This document shows positions 1-9,056 of a stretch of 64,000 nucleotides of DNA, one piece after another. A model generated the notes under the pieces. It ran no database searches, was not told the origin of the DNA, and worked only from the letters and a program-made list of their open reading frames with translations. The position numbers were made by a program, and so were the translations under genes. Origin of the DNA: a virus; IMG/VR virus record IMGVR_UViG_3300008113_004623, positions 36,503 through 100,502 of that record; one strand, written 5' to 3'. How positions within the stretch are numbered: the first letter of the stretch is position 1; every line of letters begins with the position of its first letter.

Positions 1-3000
1 ACTGTACAGATGCCTGCAGATGGACAGTTTGATTACTCTTCTCCTGAAGTTGCATACTTCTTCCGCACTTATCAGCGTGATGAGGTTTATGCTTTTGGTA
101 TTAAGTTCAGACTAAAGAACGGTAAGTATACAGATGTATTCCATATTCCAGGAAGAAAAGCCAACTCAAATGATTTAATACTAGAACAAGCTGCAAGTAA
201 TTTAGATGTCTTTGTTGGAGAATCTGATTGTATATTCCCAAGTGAACTTCCTCGTTGGCAAGTATACAACACTGCAAGTGCTGGCGTACCTATATCTAAA
301 GACGAAGATCTTTCTGATGAAATTGAAAAACAATATAACTGTGCTATTAAAAACCATAAGCAAGGTCAATTTGCTTACTGGGAGTCTACCGAAGTATATC
401 CATGCTACGATGAGATATGGGGACAGTCTACCGATCCTAACGCACCTTATTACGACCCAAATGCCTTAGCAGGTAAACCTATAAGACATCATAAGTTTCC
501 TGACTCTGCTAAAGTCCATATACACGACAAGCAGATGGCGCATGATGGAGAGATAGATCACACAGTAACCAACGACTACAACTCAACCATCTATCCTATT
601 GGGGTACGTATAGACGAAGCTGCTTTGACTTCTTTGTTAAATCAAAAGAAAGCAGACGGAACTTATGCATACACTGTTTACGATCCTATTAAAAAGACTA
701 ACGTTCCAATTAAAGACGTTATTTGTGGATACGAACTGGTGCATGCAACTCGCGTAGGTAACAAGTCTGTTATAGCAAAAGGTCTTTTATATGACGTAGG
801 TGTATTTGAAGATAACTCTGGAGATGGTCCTATCAAGAAATACTACTATCCTAACTACCCATACAACGATTTATTTGCTGATCCCTACTTGATGAATGAT
901 TCAAGATGGTATCAGGAAAGTGAAAAGGTATTGGAAGAAGACGGTTCTACTGGCGTAGGTGGTGTAGGTGGATTTGCCAATGTTCCTATTATCGGTAACA
1001 ACAGATACACTTTCTATTCTCCCGATACATCTTTCCAATATCCTAAGATTGGAACAGAGCTTAAATTAGAGACCATTGAGTTTGGTAAAGTACTAGGTCA
1101 CTTTATGCCAGTGGCTGAACACCCTCGCTATAGATTCTTAAAGAAACAAGCGTTTATTGACGCAGGTACTTTGGCTTCTCTTATTTCTTTTGAGCAAAAA
1201 TCAGAGACTGAAGCCGACATTTCTGTTACCGTAGGAGGTAGAAACCGAAGTGCATTTACTGCTAGAATAGATAAACTGTTTACTAACGAACAATTATTCT
1301 TGGATATAGCCGAGAAACTTATTCCATTTGTAAACTTTGCTTATCAGTATAATTCAATTGCTACTTATAACCAATATGTTGCAATAGACCCACTTAACCT
1401 TCCTTCCATACATAGAGGAAAGTCACGTAGGTTTCACAATAGACTTAGAGAAACTTCAGTTTATCTTAAACTAAGAGATTATCTTCCATTACACTCTACT
1501 CAGATTATAGATAATAGTCGTTACATAGCCTCGAATCATGCTTCTAGTAATCCACAAGATTTAACTGAAGACAGATTAACTAGAGCCTATTACTCTTCAG
1601 TAAAACGACAATTCCCTAATCAGTACGGTCCACTTGAAAACTTACGTTATGTAAACACAGGTTATCGTCAAGATATTATCACACATGCTGGGGGTTCAGT
1701 AAGTTTATCTTATAAATACTATCCTGCTTTTGGAGGAGATACTTACATTACACCTTTTGCTATTAAGCGTAAACATTCTTTCTTTACAAGAAACTTAGTT
1801 AACCTTCCAGCCAAAGCCGATGAGATGCCATTTGACTACTGGTTATTTCCTAACTTAGGATATCCAAAGTTTTTTATTGGGACCAGTTCAAATATGGACA
1901 GCTTAAATTCTGGAGACATTGCTGCGTTTATTGCTGGTATTGCTATTGCTGTGGCCGCTAGTTACGGCTTCACTGCTACAGGAGGTTTAGCTGGCGTAGG
2001 AAATTACTTAACTCAAATTACTACCAACTACGTTTTTATGAATGGTGCAGCTCCTTTTATTACTTTAGGAGTTAATGCTATTTGGAGCAAGTTTGTTAAG
2101 AAAACATCTTTAGACAAAGCAGAAAATACCAGATATCATAAAGACGGTATTTTTTATACAGCGTCTTATGGTATTCCAATTTTCTTTGTAGAGTCTGACG
2201 TAAACCTACACTTCCGTCACGGTCGTGATTTAGACAAAGAGAACTTCTACCCTAACGTAGGTGGAGGAGTTCCTGATGACTGGTTGCAAGAAGCTACTGT
2301 ACCGATTAAGTTTGATAACTACTATCACTACAACGCGACTTACTCTGTACAAAATATGTCGCCTAACCAGCCCTATCGATTAAAGTACCCTAACTTAGAG
2401 TGTATTATTAATCACCAGAACAGAGTAATCTATTCAGATCAGGCTAGTGATTCTAATCTTACCTCAGACAAGTGGTTAGCTTTCCGTCCAGGAAACTTCT
2501 ACGACTTCCCTAAACAAGGTGGCCGCTTAATTGATTTAAATGCAGGAGAGAGCGAAAGAGTGTATGCTCGATTTGAAAATACCACTAAAGTATACAATGC
2601 TCGTATTGTATTAAGTTCTACTTCTCCTTATCAGTTAGAGATAGGCAACGCAGATATGTTCAAGCAGAAGCCTGTAGATTTGTCTGCTACTGACTTAGGA
2701 TATATTGGATCTCAGCACAAAGCGTATGTACGTTGTGAGTACGGAACATTCTGGGTGGATGCTAAACGTGGTCACGTTTATCAAATCACTGGACAAGGAT
2801 TTAACGAGATTAAGTCTGAATTAAACTATAACTGGTTTAAAGAAAACCTACCATTCCAAATTCTAAAAGACTTCCCTGAAGCAGACGTAGATGTTCCTTC
2901 ATTGGGTATTGGAATTATTATGGGCTGGGACGAGCGTTTTGAGCGTATCTTTATAACTAAGTTAGACTACAGAGTAAGACTTCAGTACAGAACAGGTACT

Positions 3001-3855
3001 ACTAAAGTAGAATACATAACCGATAGACTAGACCCTGACTATCGCTATTACGTTCTTAATACCAACGGAGTACGTACACGTATTGACTTTAGTCAGAAAG
3101 AATACTTTGAGAACAAGTCATGGACTGTAGCATATAGCCCAAAGATGAAGAACTTTATTTCTTTCTATTCTTTCATGCCTAACTTCTTTATTCCTCAGTT
3201 GGGACACTTCCAAACTATCATAACTACTCCACTAGGATCATCTTTGTGGAATCATAATTTAAGCCCATATATTTACCAAACTTATTACGGTAAATTATAT
3301 CCTTACATTATTGAGTACTTAATAAATAGTTTGCCAATCAACTCGTCTGTAACTAGTATATCTTTAATTCAAGATATCCAAGAGTACTATTCTAAGTATG
3401 AATACTATTCTTTGGGTACAGCAAATAATAAAAACACAGCTAACTTTACAAAAGCAATTGTCTATAATCGTGAACAATCTTCTGGAATTATTAATTTAAT
3501 ACCTGAAGTTTTTGGTAACACTAGACAAAAGATTTTGTATCCAAGAATGACCCCTACTGGTATTGAGGCTCTTCTTTCTAGGAGAGAAAACAAATATACC
3601 TTTAATGGTTTCTGGAACATAGCAGCGCAGTCAAACGGACAATCTTTATGGACTACTAAGTGGGAAGATCTACAGAATAATTATTTTATTGATAAGTTGC
3701 CAAACACAAAAGCAATTAGGAATCTAAGTGTTGCTTATCAGAAAAATAAGATAAAGGCAGATTTCACAAAAATTAGATTGATTCAAGACAAGTACAATAG
3801 ATATAAATTTGTAAACAACTTACAGATAACTCAAATTAATAACACTACCTTATAA
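1..3855 (+). CDS. Tail stabilisation / muzzle-like protein of crAss-like phage (5'-truncated by window edge)
   Basis: Frame is open from base 1. Blocks such as GQFAYWESTEVYP, PIRHHKFPD, FGGDTYI and SWTVAYSP..FISFYSF resemble the crAss tail stabiliser family. It lies upstream of the cargo and RNAP genes. Confidence 0.75.
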   Translation, partial: TVQMPADGQFDYSSPEVAYFFRTYQRDEVYAFGIKFRLKNGKYTDVFHIPGRKANSNDLILEQAASNLDVFVGESDCIFPSELPRWQVYNTASAGVPISKDEDLSDEIEKQYNCAIKNHKQGQFAYWESTEVYPCYDEIWGQSTDPNAPYYDPNALAGKPIRHHKFPDSAKVHIHDKQMAHDGEIDHTVTNDYNSTIYPIGVRIDEAALTSLLNQKKADGTYAYTVYDPIKKTNVPIKDVICGYELVHATRVGNKSVIAKGLLYDVGVFEDNSGDGPIKKYYYPNYPYNDLFADPYLMNDSRWYQESEKVLEEDGSTGVGGVGGFANVPIIGNNRYTFYSPDTSFQYPKIGTELKLETIEFGKVLGHFMPVAEHPRYRFLKKQAFIDAGTLASLISFEQKSETEADISVTVGGRNRSAFTARIDKLFTNEQLFLDIAEKLIPFVNFAYQYNSIATYNQYVAIDPLNLPSIHRGKSRRFHNRLRETSVYLKLRDYLPLHSTQIIDNSRYIASNHASSNPQDLTEDRLTRAYYSSVKRQFPNQYGPLENLRYVNTGYRQDIITHAGGSVSLSYKYYPAFGGDTYITPFAIKRKHSFFTRNLVNLPAKADEMPFDYWLFPNLGYPKFFIGTSSNMDSLNSGDIAAFIAGIAIAVAASYGFTATGGLAGVGNYLTQITTNYVFMNGAAPFITLGVNAIWSKFVKKTSLDKAENTRYHKDGIFYTASYGIPIFFVESDVNLHFRHGRDLDKENFYPNVGGGVPDDWLQEATVPIKFDNYYHYNATYSVQNMSPNQPYRLKYPNLECIINHQNRVIYSDQASDSNLTSDKWLAFRPGNFYDFPKQGGRLIDLNAGESERVYARFENTTKVYNARIVLSSTSPYQLEIGNADMFKQKPVDLSATDLGYIGSQHKAYVRCEYGTFWVDAKRGHVYQITGQGFNEIKSELNYNWFKENLPFQILKDFPEADVDVPSLGIGIIMGWDERFERIFITKLDYRVRLQYRTGTTKVEYITDRLDPDYRYYVLNTNGVRTRIDFSQKEYFENKSWTVAYSPKMKNFISFYSFMPNFFIPQLGHFQTIITTPLGSSLWNHNLSPYIYQTYYGKLYPYIIEYLINSLPINSSVTSISLIQDIQEYYSKYEYYSLGTANNKNTANFTKAIVYNREQSSGIINLIPEVFGNTRQKILYPRMTPTGIEALLSRRENKYTFNGFWNIAAQSNGQSLWTTKWEDLQNNYFIDKLPNTKAIRNLSVAYQKNKIKADFTKIRLIQDKYNRYKFVNNLQITQINNTTL

Positions 3856-3863
3856 CCTATACC

Positions 3864-4244
3864 ATGAAAGAAAAAGAAATTTTTACAACAGTTAAGCCCG
3901 AGCTAGTTATCGGACAACTGTTTCAGTCTAGGGATACAATCCACATTGCACATCTCCAGACTCTTTCTTACGCAGAGCATAAAGCTTTGAATGAGTACTA
4001 TGACGGAATTTTAGATTTGACTGATAGTTTGCTAGAAGCCTACTTTGGTACTATCGGCAAACGAGTAAATTTTAAAATTCCTGGTTCTGAGTATGTAAAT
4101 CCTCAGCAACATTTAAAACAATTAATGGATTACGTTAAAAAACATCGCGTAGTATTTGGAATGGAGAATACCCATCTTCAAAATATTATTGATGAAATAA
4201 TCGCTTTGATTGCAAAAACATTATATTTACTTACATTATCATAA
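3864..4244 (+). CDS. Ferritin/Dps-like four-helix protein (DUF5856-like)
   Basis: HIAHLQT-x-SYAEHKALNEYY and NIIDEI...YLLTLS pattern. Confidence 0.75.
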   Translation: MKEKEIFTTVKPELVIGQLFQSRDTIHIAHLQTLSYAEHKALNEYYDGILDLTDSLLEAYFGTIGKRVNFKIPGSEYVNPQQHLKQLMDYVKKHRVVFGMENTHLQNIIDEIIALIAKTLYLLTLS

Positions 4245-5152
4245 TGGGACGTTTACAAAAATCTTATTCTACCTGCATGGAATGTGGAGGTAAAATGAAA
4301 ATGAAGTCTGGAGGCAAGTGGATACAGTCTGCTATTAAGAATCCAGGTTCATTTACAAAACAAGCACAATCTGCTGGAATGTCTGTTCCTGCATTTAGAG
4401 ACAAAGTACTTGCTAACAAAGAAGACTATTCTTCTACTACTGTTAAAAGAGCTAACTTAGCTAAGACACTTTCTAAAATGCGTAAAGGTCAAGGTGGTAT
4501 GGATTTCAAAGATCCAATGGGGCCAGATCGTATGATGGCAGAAGAAGCAATGAGTAATGAAATGGACAATACAATGGCTCCTGCAATGGAATCAGAAATT
4601 GCTTTATTAGATCCTAATCTTGAACAAGCTAAAGCTACTCTTAGCAACTTGGAGAAACAAGCCGAAATGGAAAGTGTTCGTAAGTATCAACGTATGCTTA
4701 ACGAAAAGTATGGCGCTGATTTAGTACCAGACGGAGCGTGGGGTCCTAAAACTCAAGCTGCTTACGAGAAGTTTGTTTTAAACAAATCAGCTAGTAGACC
4801 AAAAGAAGCACCACAACCTGCATTTTGGGACAGATCTTCTGAACAAAGATTTAATACTCCAGCCAACATTATGCCGACAACAAGTCGTCCTTCTCTTTCT
4901 ACCTATCTTAGTGCAGTGCCTCAAAAGAATAAAGGTTTTGATAAAGCAGTAGCAGATCTTCGTCGTATGCCTGTATCAGGTTATGGAACTGATTCTCAGC
5001 CTGAAACAAAAACTCAAACAGTAGCTCAAGCACGGAAAAATTTATCAAGCAGTCCTTTATATAAAGCAGCTACAAAAGCAAAAACTCCTAGTCTAAGTTC
5101 TTTCTATATTAATAAGACTGGATCTAATGCCTCTCCTATTAAAATTAGATAA
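4244..5152 (+). CDS. Virion/cargo protein with peptidoglycan-binding (PG_binding_1-like) domain
   Basis: VRKYQRMLN...LVPDGAWGPKTQAA is a PGBD signature; also MECGG and MKSGG motifs. Confidence 0.65.
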   Translation: MGRLQKSYSTCMECGGKMKMKSGGKWIQSAIKNPGSFTKQAQSAGMSVPAFRDKVLANKEDYSSTTVKRANLAKTLSKMRKGQGGMDFKDPMGPDRMMAEEAMSNEMDNTMAPAMESEIALLDPNLEQAKATLSNLEKQAEMESVRKYQRMLNEKYGADLVPDGAWGPKTQAAYEKFVLNKSASRPKEAPQPAFWDRSSEQRFNTPANIMPTTSRPSLSTYLSAVPQKNKGFDKAVADLRRMPVSGYGTDSQPETKTQTVAQARKNLSSSPLYKAATKAKTPSLSSFYINKTGSNASPIKIR

Positions 5153-5158
5153 TCATCA

Positions 5159-8100
5159 ATGGAAATTAAGTCTCTTTATAAAAAATTTTTAAAGTACAGC
5201 AAGCCTACTGCGCCTAAAAGTAAGGTTCAATCTAAGAAAATAGATATGAGCAAAAGAGGTTTATGGGACAAAAACAAAAACAAAGTTATTGTTCCCTCAA
5301 ACCGTATTACTATGAAAGGCCCAAAGGGTGAGCAAGATTTTTTTAAGAGACCTGTATTAGCTACTGGGTTGCAATCGGGCAAACAAGTCTTGATGCAACC
5401 TGGTAGAGAATATTATTTTCCAAATGATGAGCAGGTGTTTGAAAAACGCATGCAGGATGGTGGAACAGTTCAAACTAATATGCTTCAACCTATTAAGAAG
5501 GACGAAGAATCTCTTCCAATTATTTTAGAATCTTTGTTTTCTCAATTTCAAAAATCTAAAGAAGAGTTTGGTGTGGAGCCAGAAGAATCTGAATCTATGG
5601 GTACTCCGTCTTTACAAGATGGAGCCTTAGTAAAAGACGAAGACATTAGAATGGACCCAATTGAGATTAATGCTGAGTTACCTCCTTGGTATATTCGTTA
5701 TCCTCGAAAAGCGTTAAGAGCTGCCAATGCCAAATTAGAAGATTGGGGTGCACAATATGCCCAAAAAATTTCTGATGCAACTGGTGGTAAAGATTGGTAT
5801 AAAGAAGCTAATCCTTTTGGAAGTCTTGCTTTAGAGTTTTTAAATGCACCTCAATATACAGCAACTTATGGTGTAACTGGTAAGGTACAGACACCTTCTG
5901 AAGCAATGGATATTCAAAATCCTTATGGAGCTTTTGCTATAGATGCTATAACAGATCCTATGAATTTAGTTGGTGTAGGTGTATCTAGTAAAGCTAGAAA
6001 CATATTTAGTCAAGTTCCTGATCGACTTAATAGCTTAGGGAGAAAAAGAGGATTAAGAAATTCTAGTCCATTAGTTCTAGAAAATAATCAACTGCCTCCT
6101 CCTCCGTTTAAACTTAAATTTATGCCTGACGGTTCAATACAATCTATTAATAATTTGGATTTAAATTATATACCAGGTTCTTACAGACCTGATTATGCAG
6201 AAACTGCTTTTAAATCAAAAAATATATCAGGACTAACTAAAGAAGAAGCTTTAGCTAAAGTATCTGCTAAAGATAAAGATGTTGTTTCTAAAATGTCTGA
6301 AACTGATTTTGAACAAACTGTTTTAAAACCTACGGGAGAAATTGTCTCTTATAAACCTTCTTTAAGTTTAAATTTAGGCTTTAATCCTACTACAAGAAAT
6401 TTATCTTTACAAGATACAATTCCTATGACTCCAACTGAGTATACTAATATTTTTAATTCTAGATTAGATGTACTTAATGATATAATTGCTAAAAATAATA
6501 AATCAGGAATAAATTATACTGTTAAAGAACTATCTCCTTCAGGGGCATTAAGATTTAATACTCCAGCTCAAGTAGAAAAATTAGGTTTAACAAATAATAT
6601 GATTGATGACTTAACTCGCAGAGGTTATATAGATAGTAAAGGTAATATAGATCCTCGTCTGCAAGATTATGTTGATCGGTGGGGTTCTAATACTAGAGAT
6701 ATTGCAGAAGGAGAGGCAGTCTGGGGCGTACAAATAAATCCTGGGTTATGGCAAGGTGAAGTACAAGATATTGCAAATGTTGATTATTTTAAAGCTATCC
6801 CAGGGTTGAATATGAATAATACAACTGCTAGTGTATTTTCAGATGCTATGCCAAGAAGAGGTACAAATACTTATAAAAGCATAAACGAATACCTTAAAAG
6901 AATGAATCTTGGTAGAGTAAAACCTGGCTTTAATTCCCAAACTCAATTTTCTAGCGGACTTTGGCAAGATGCTATAAAAAAGGGAAATGCTTTTGGATAT
7001 TTTGGTAATCCAACAACTGTGTACGGTTCTATGAGAACTGTAGCACCTATAGGAATTGGTGCAGCAGCAGGAGCATCACAGTTACAGAATAATAAACAAG
7101 GTATGCAAAGTGGGGGATTTAGTTATACACCTCCTTCACGTAGAGCATTTACAACATCATATCAACAACCTACAAGGAGTACATCAGATAATACAAGAGT
7201 AGTAACTCCTAATGTATCTGATGCTACAAGAGCTATGGTGGCTGATCAAAGAGCTAGGGAAGCTGCAGCAAAAAGATCGGGAGTTATATATGCAGGAACT
7301 CCTGAAAGTGATTATGAAAAAGCTAAAAAAGCTGCGTCATTTGTAGAGCAATCAAAACTAGCCGATGGCTTTGCTACTCCGCTAGATTATGTATTAGATA
7401 CAGTTAATCCTACTCAGTATGTATTTAATGCAACTGATTTAGTAGGTAATCAAGTATCTGCTGTTAAGAATTTAGCACAAGGAAATTTTCAAGAAGCGGG
7501 TTCTGATTTATTAGAAGCACAGATGAATGCATTAAGTCTTGTACCAATAACTAAAGCAGCAGCTCCAGTATTAAAACCAATATTAAAACAAGCAACCCGT
7601 TATGGGGATGATGTGATACAAACTTCTAAAATAGCTGGTAGACCAGCTTTACCTAAGTATAAAGATGTCTATCGTGCAGAACACGCAGGATTTAATCAAG
7701 TAGCAACTCCTCAAGACATTACAGGAAGATGGGCTGCTAATAGTGCAGATGAGGCTAGCTATTATGTGCAAAATTTAAAAGACCCAACAACGGGAAAAGT
7801 GATGAATGCTTTTTCTGGAGAACAAGTTCCTGTAAGAATTATGAAACAAAGAGTTCCTGAGTATAAATACAATCAACAATTTGCTGAGGGAATGCCAGAA
7901 GAGGCTAGAATAATGAGCATGGGTCCTGGCCGCTTATCAAGGACCGAACTAGATCAAGTACTAGGGCCAGGTGCAACAAAAAGATTTGAAACAAATCAAT
8001 TTTCTAATCAAGATTTAGCAGCAATGCAAACGGCTCCTTTTTTATTTAATCCTAATGAAGGTATCTTAGATGCAGGAATAATAAATAATCTACGACAGGG

Positions 8101-8323
8101 TAAAAATACATTAAGTGGTAGAGCTTCTGTATTTGCTACTCAAAATCAAGCAGCTGATTATTTATTAAATCAAACTAAAAGTAAACAGAACGTATCTTCC
8201 CTAAATAAATATCTACCATTTAATACATTTCAAATGGGTGGTATGTCTATACCAGGAGTAAATGGAACTGTAGTAGCATCTAGTCCTTCACTTTATAAAA
8301 AATATAAAACTAAAAAGAAATGA
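5159..8323 (+). CDS. Multi-module cargo protein with GNAT-like and possible ADP-ribosyltransferase-like domains
   Basis: 1054 aa, no Cys seen. Segments are delimited by MQDGG/LQDGA/MQSGG/FQMGG. GNAT-like RRGTNTYK..W; ART-like VYR..GRW..A..Y. Confidence 0.55.
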   Translation: MEIKSLYKKFLKYSKPTAPKSKVQSKKIDMSKRGLWDKNKNKVIVPSNRITMKGPKGEQDFFKRPVLATGLQSGKQVLMQPGREYYFPNDEQVFEKRMQDGGTVQTNMLQPIKKDEESLPIILESLFSQFQKSKEEFGVEPEESESMGTPSLQDGALVKDEDIRMDPIEINAELPPWYIRYPRKALRAANAKLEDWGAQYAQKISDATGGKDWYKEANPFGSLALEFLNAPQYTATYGVTGKVQTPSEAMDIQNPYGAFAIDAITDPMNLVGVGVSSKARNIFSQVPDRLNSLGRKRGLRNSSPLVLENNQLPPPPFKLKFMPDGSIQSINNLDLNYIPGSYRPDYAETAFKSKNISGLTKEEALAKVSAKDKDVVSKMSETDFEQTVLKPTGEIVSYKPSLSLNLGFNPTTRNLSLQDTIPMTPTEYTNIFNSRLDVLNDIIAKNNKSGINYTVKELSPSGALRFNTPAQVEKLGLTNNMIDDLTRRGYIDSKGNIDPRLQDYVDRWGSNTRDIAEGEAVWGVQINPGLWQGEVQDIANVDYFKAIPGLNMNNTTASVFSDAMPRRGTNTYKSINEYLKRMNLGRVKPGFNSQTQFSSGLWQDAIKKGNAFGYFGNPTTVYGSMRTVAPIGIGAAAGASQLQNNKQGMQSGGFSYTPPSRRAFTTSYQQPTRSTSDNTRVVTPNVSDATRAMVADQRAREAAAKRSGVIYAGTPESDYEKAKKAASFVEQSKLADGFATPLDYVLDTVNPTQYVFNATDLVGNQVSAVKNLAQGNFQEAGSDLLEAQMNALSLVPITKAAAPVLKPILKQATRYGDDVIQTSKIAGRPALPKYKDVYRAEHAGFNQVATPQDITGRWAANSADEASYYVQNLKDPTTGKVMNAFSGEQVPVRIMKQRVPEYKYNQQFAEGMPEEARIMSMGPGRLSRTELDQVLGPGATKRFETNQFSNQDLAAMQTAPFLFNPNEGILDAGIINNLRQGKNTLSGRASVFATQNQAADYLLNQTKSKQNVSSLNKYLPFNTFQMGGMSIPGVNGTVVASSPSLYKKYKTKKK

Positions 8324-8787
8324 GTCAAATGATAAAACGTAAAGACGGGTCGTATTCAAGACGCGGACTTTGGGACAACATTAGAGCTAATAGAGGCAGC
8401 GGCAAAAAGCCTACTAAACAAATGCTAGCGCAAGAAAAAAAGATTAAAGCAGAAAGCAAAAGCATGAAGTCTGGTGGACGTTTATACCAAGCATATAAAA
8501 GTGGAGGCACTATTCCTCACACTACTAAAGGCCCTAGAGCAAACTATCGCCCAACTAAATCAGGTGCAGGAATGACAGCTAAAGGAGTGGCCGCATATAG
8601 AAGAGCTAATCCAGGTTCTAAATTACAAACAGCAGTAACAGGTAAAGTAAAACCAGGCAGTAAAGATGCAAATAGGAGAAAGTCTTATTGCGCACGTTCT
8701 TTAGGTCAGTTGCGTCAAGCTTCTGAAAAAACTAAGAACGACCCTAACTCAAGAATACGTCAGGCAAGAAGAAGATGGAAATGTTAA
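8320..8787 (+). CDS. Basic virion-associated protein (DUF6321-like)
   Basis: GAGMTAKGVAAYRRANPGSKL...RRKSYCAR...SRIRQARRRWKC. Confidence 0.65.
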   Translation: MSQMIKRKDGSYSRRGLWDNIRANRGSGKKPTKQMLAQEKKIKAESKSMKSGGRLYQAYKSGGTIPHTTKGPRANYRPTKSGAGMTAKGVAAYRRANPGSKLQTAVTGKVKPGSKDANRRKSYCARSLGQLRQASEKTKNDPNSRIRQARRRWKC

Positions 8788-8811
8788 ACATTAACTTTTA
8801 AAATTAATACT

Positions 8812-8961
8812 ATGGCAACTAAAGCAAAATCCACTAGTGTTTTGTCTGCATTTAAAGACAAACCTAAAGTAAGTAGACCTGGCATTCACGCTAAGACTAA
8901 ATCTTCTAAGTTAAAGCAAAGTAAGAACTATCATAAAGCATATAGAGGGCAGGGGAAATAA
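8812..8961 (+). CDS. Small basic 49-aa protein missed by the ORF track
   Basis: ATG 8812 to TAA 8961 encodes MATKAKSTSVLSAFKDKPKVSRPGIHAKTKSSKLKQSKNYHKAYRGQGK; AT-rich leader; fills the intergenic gap. Confidence 0.8.
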   Translation: MATKAKSTSVLSAFKDKPKVSRPGIHAKTKSSKLKQSKNYHKAYRGQGK

Positions 8962-8977
8962 TCCCTTGCTTTTTTTA
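8949..8977 (+). terminator. Rho-independent terminator
   Basis: GCAGGGGA-AATAA-TCCCTTGC stem followed by a T run. Confidence 0.8.
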
Positions 8978-8987
8978 CTTTATAAAC

Positions 8988-8995
8988 TATATTTG
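8988..8995 (+). promoter_or_regulatory. Bacteroidota-type -7 promoter element (TAnnTTTG)
   Basis: TATATTTG upstream of 9057, with TTG about 19 nt further upstream. Confidence 0.7.
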
Positions 8996-9056
8996 TAATT
9001 ACCTATAATATAATCAGTTATTAACTTTCAATGTTATAACTTTAAAAATTAAACTA

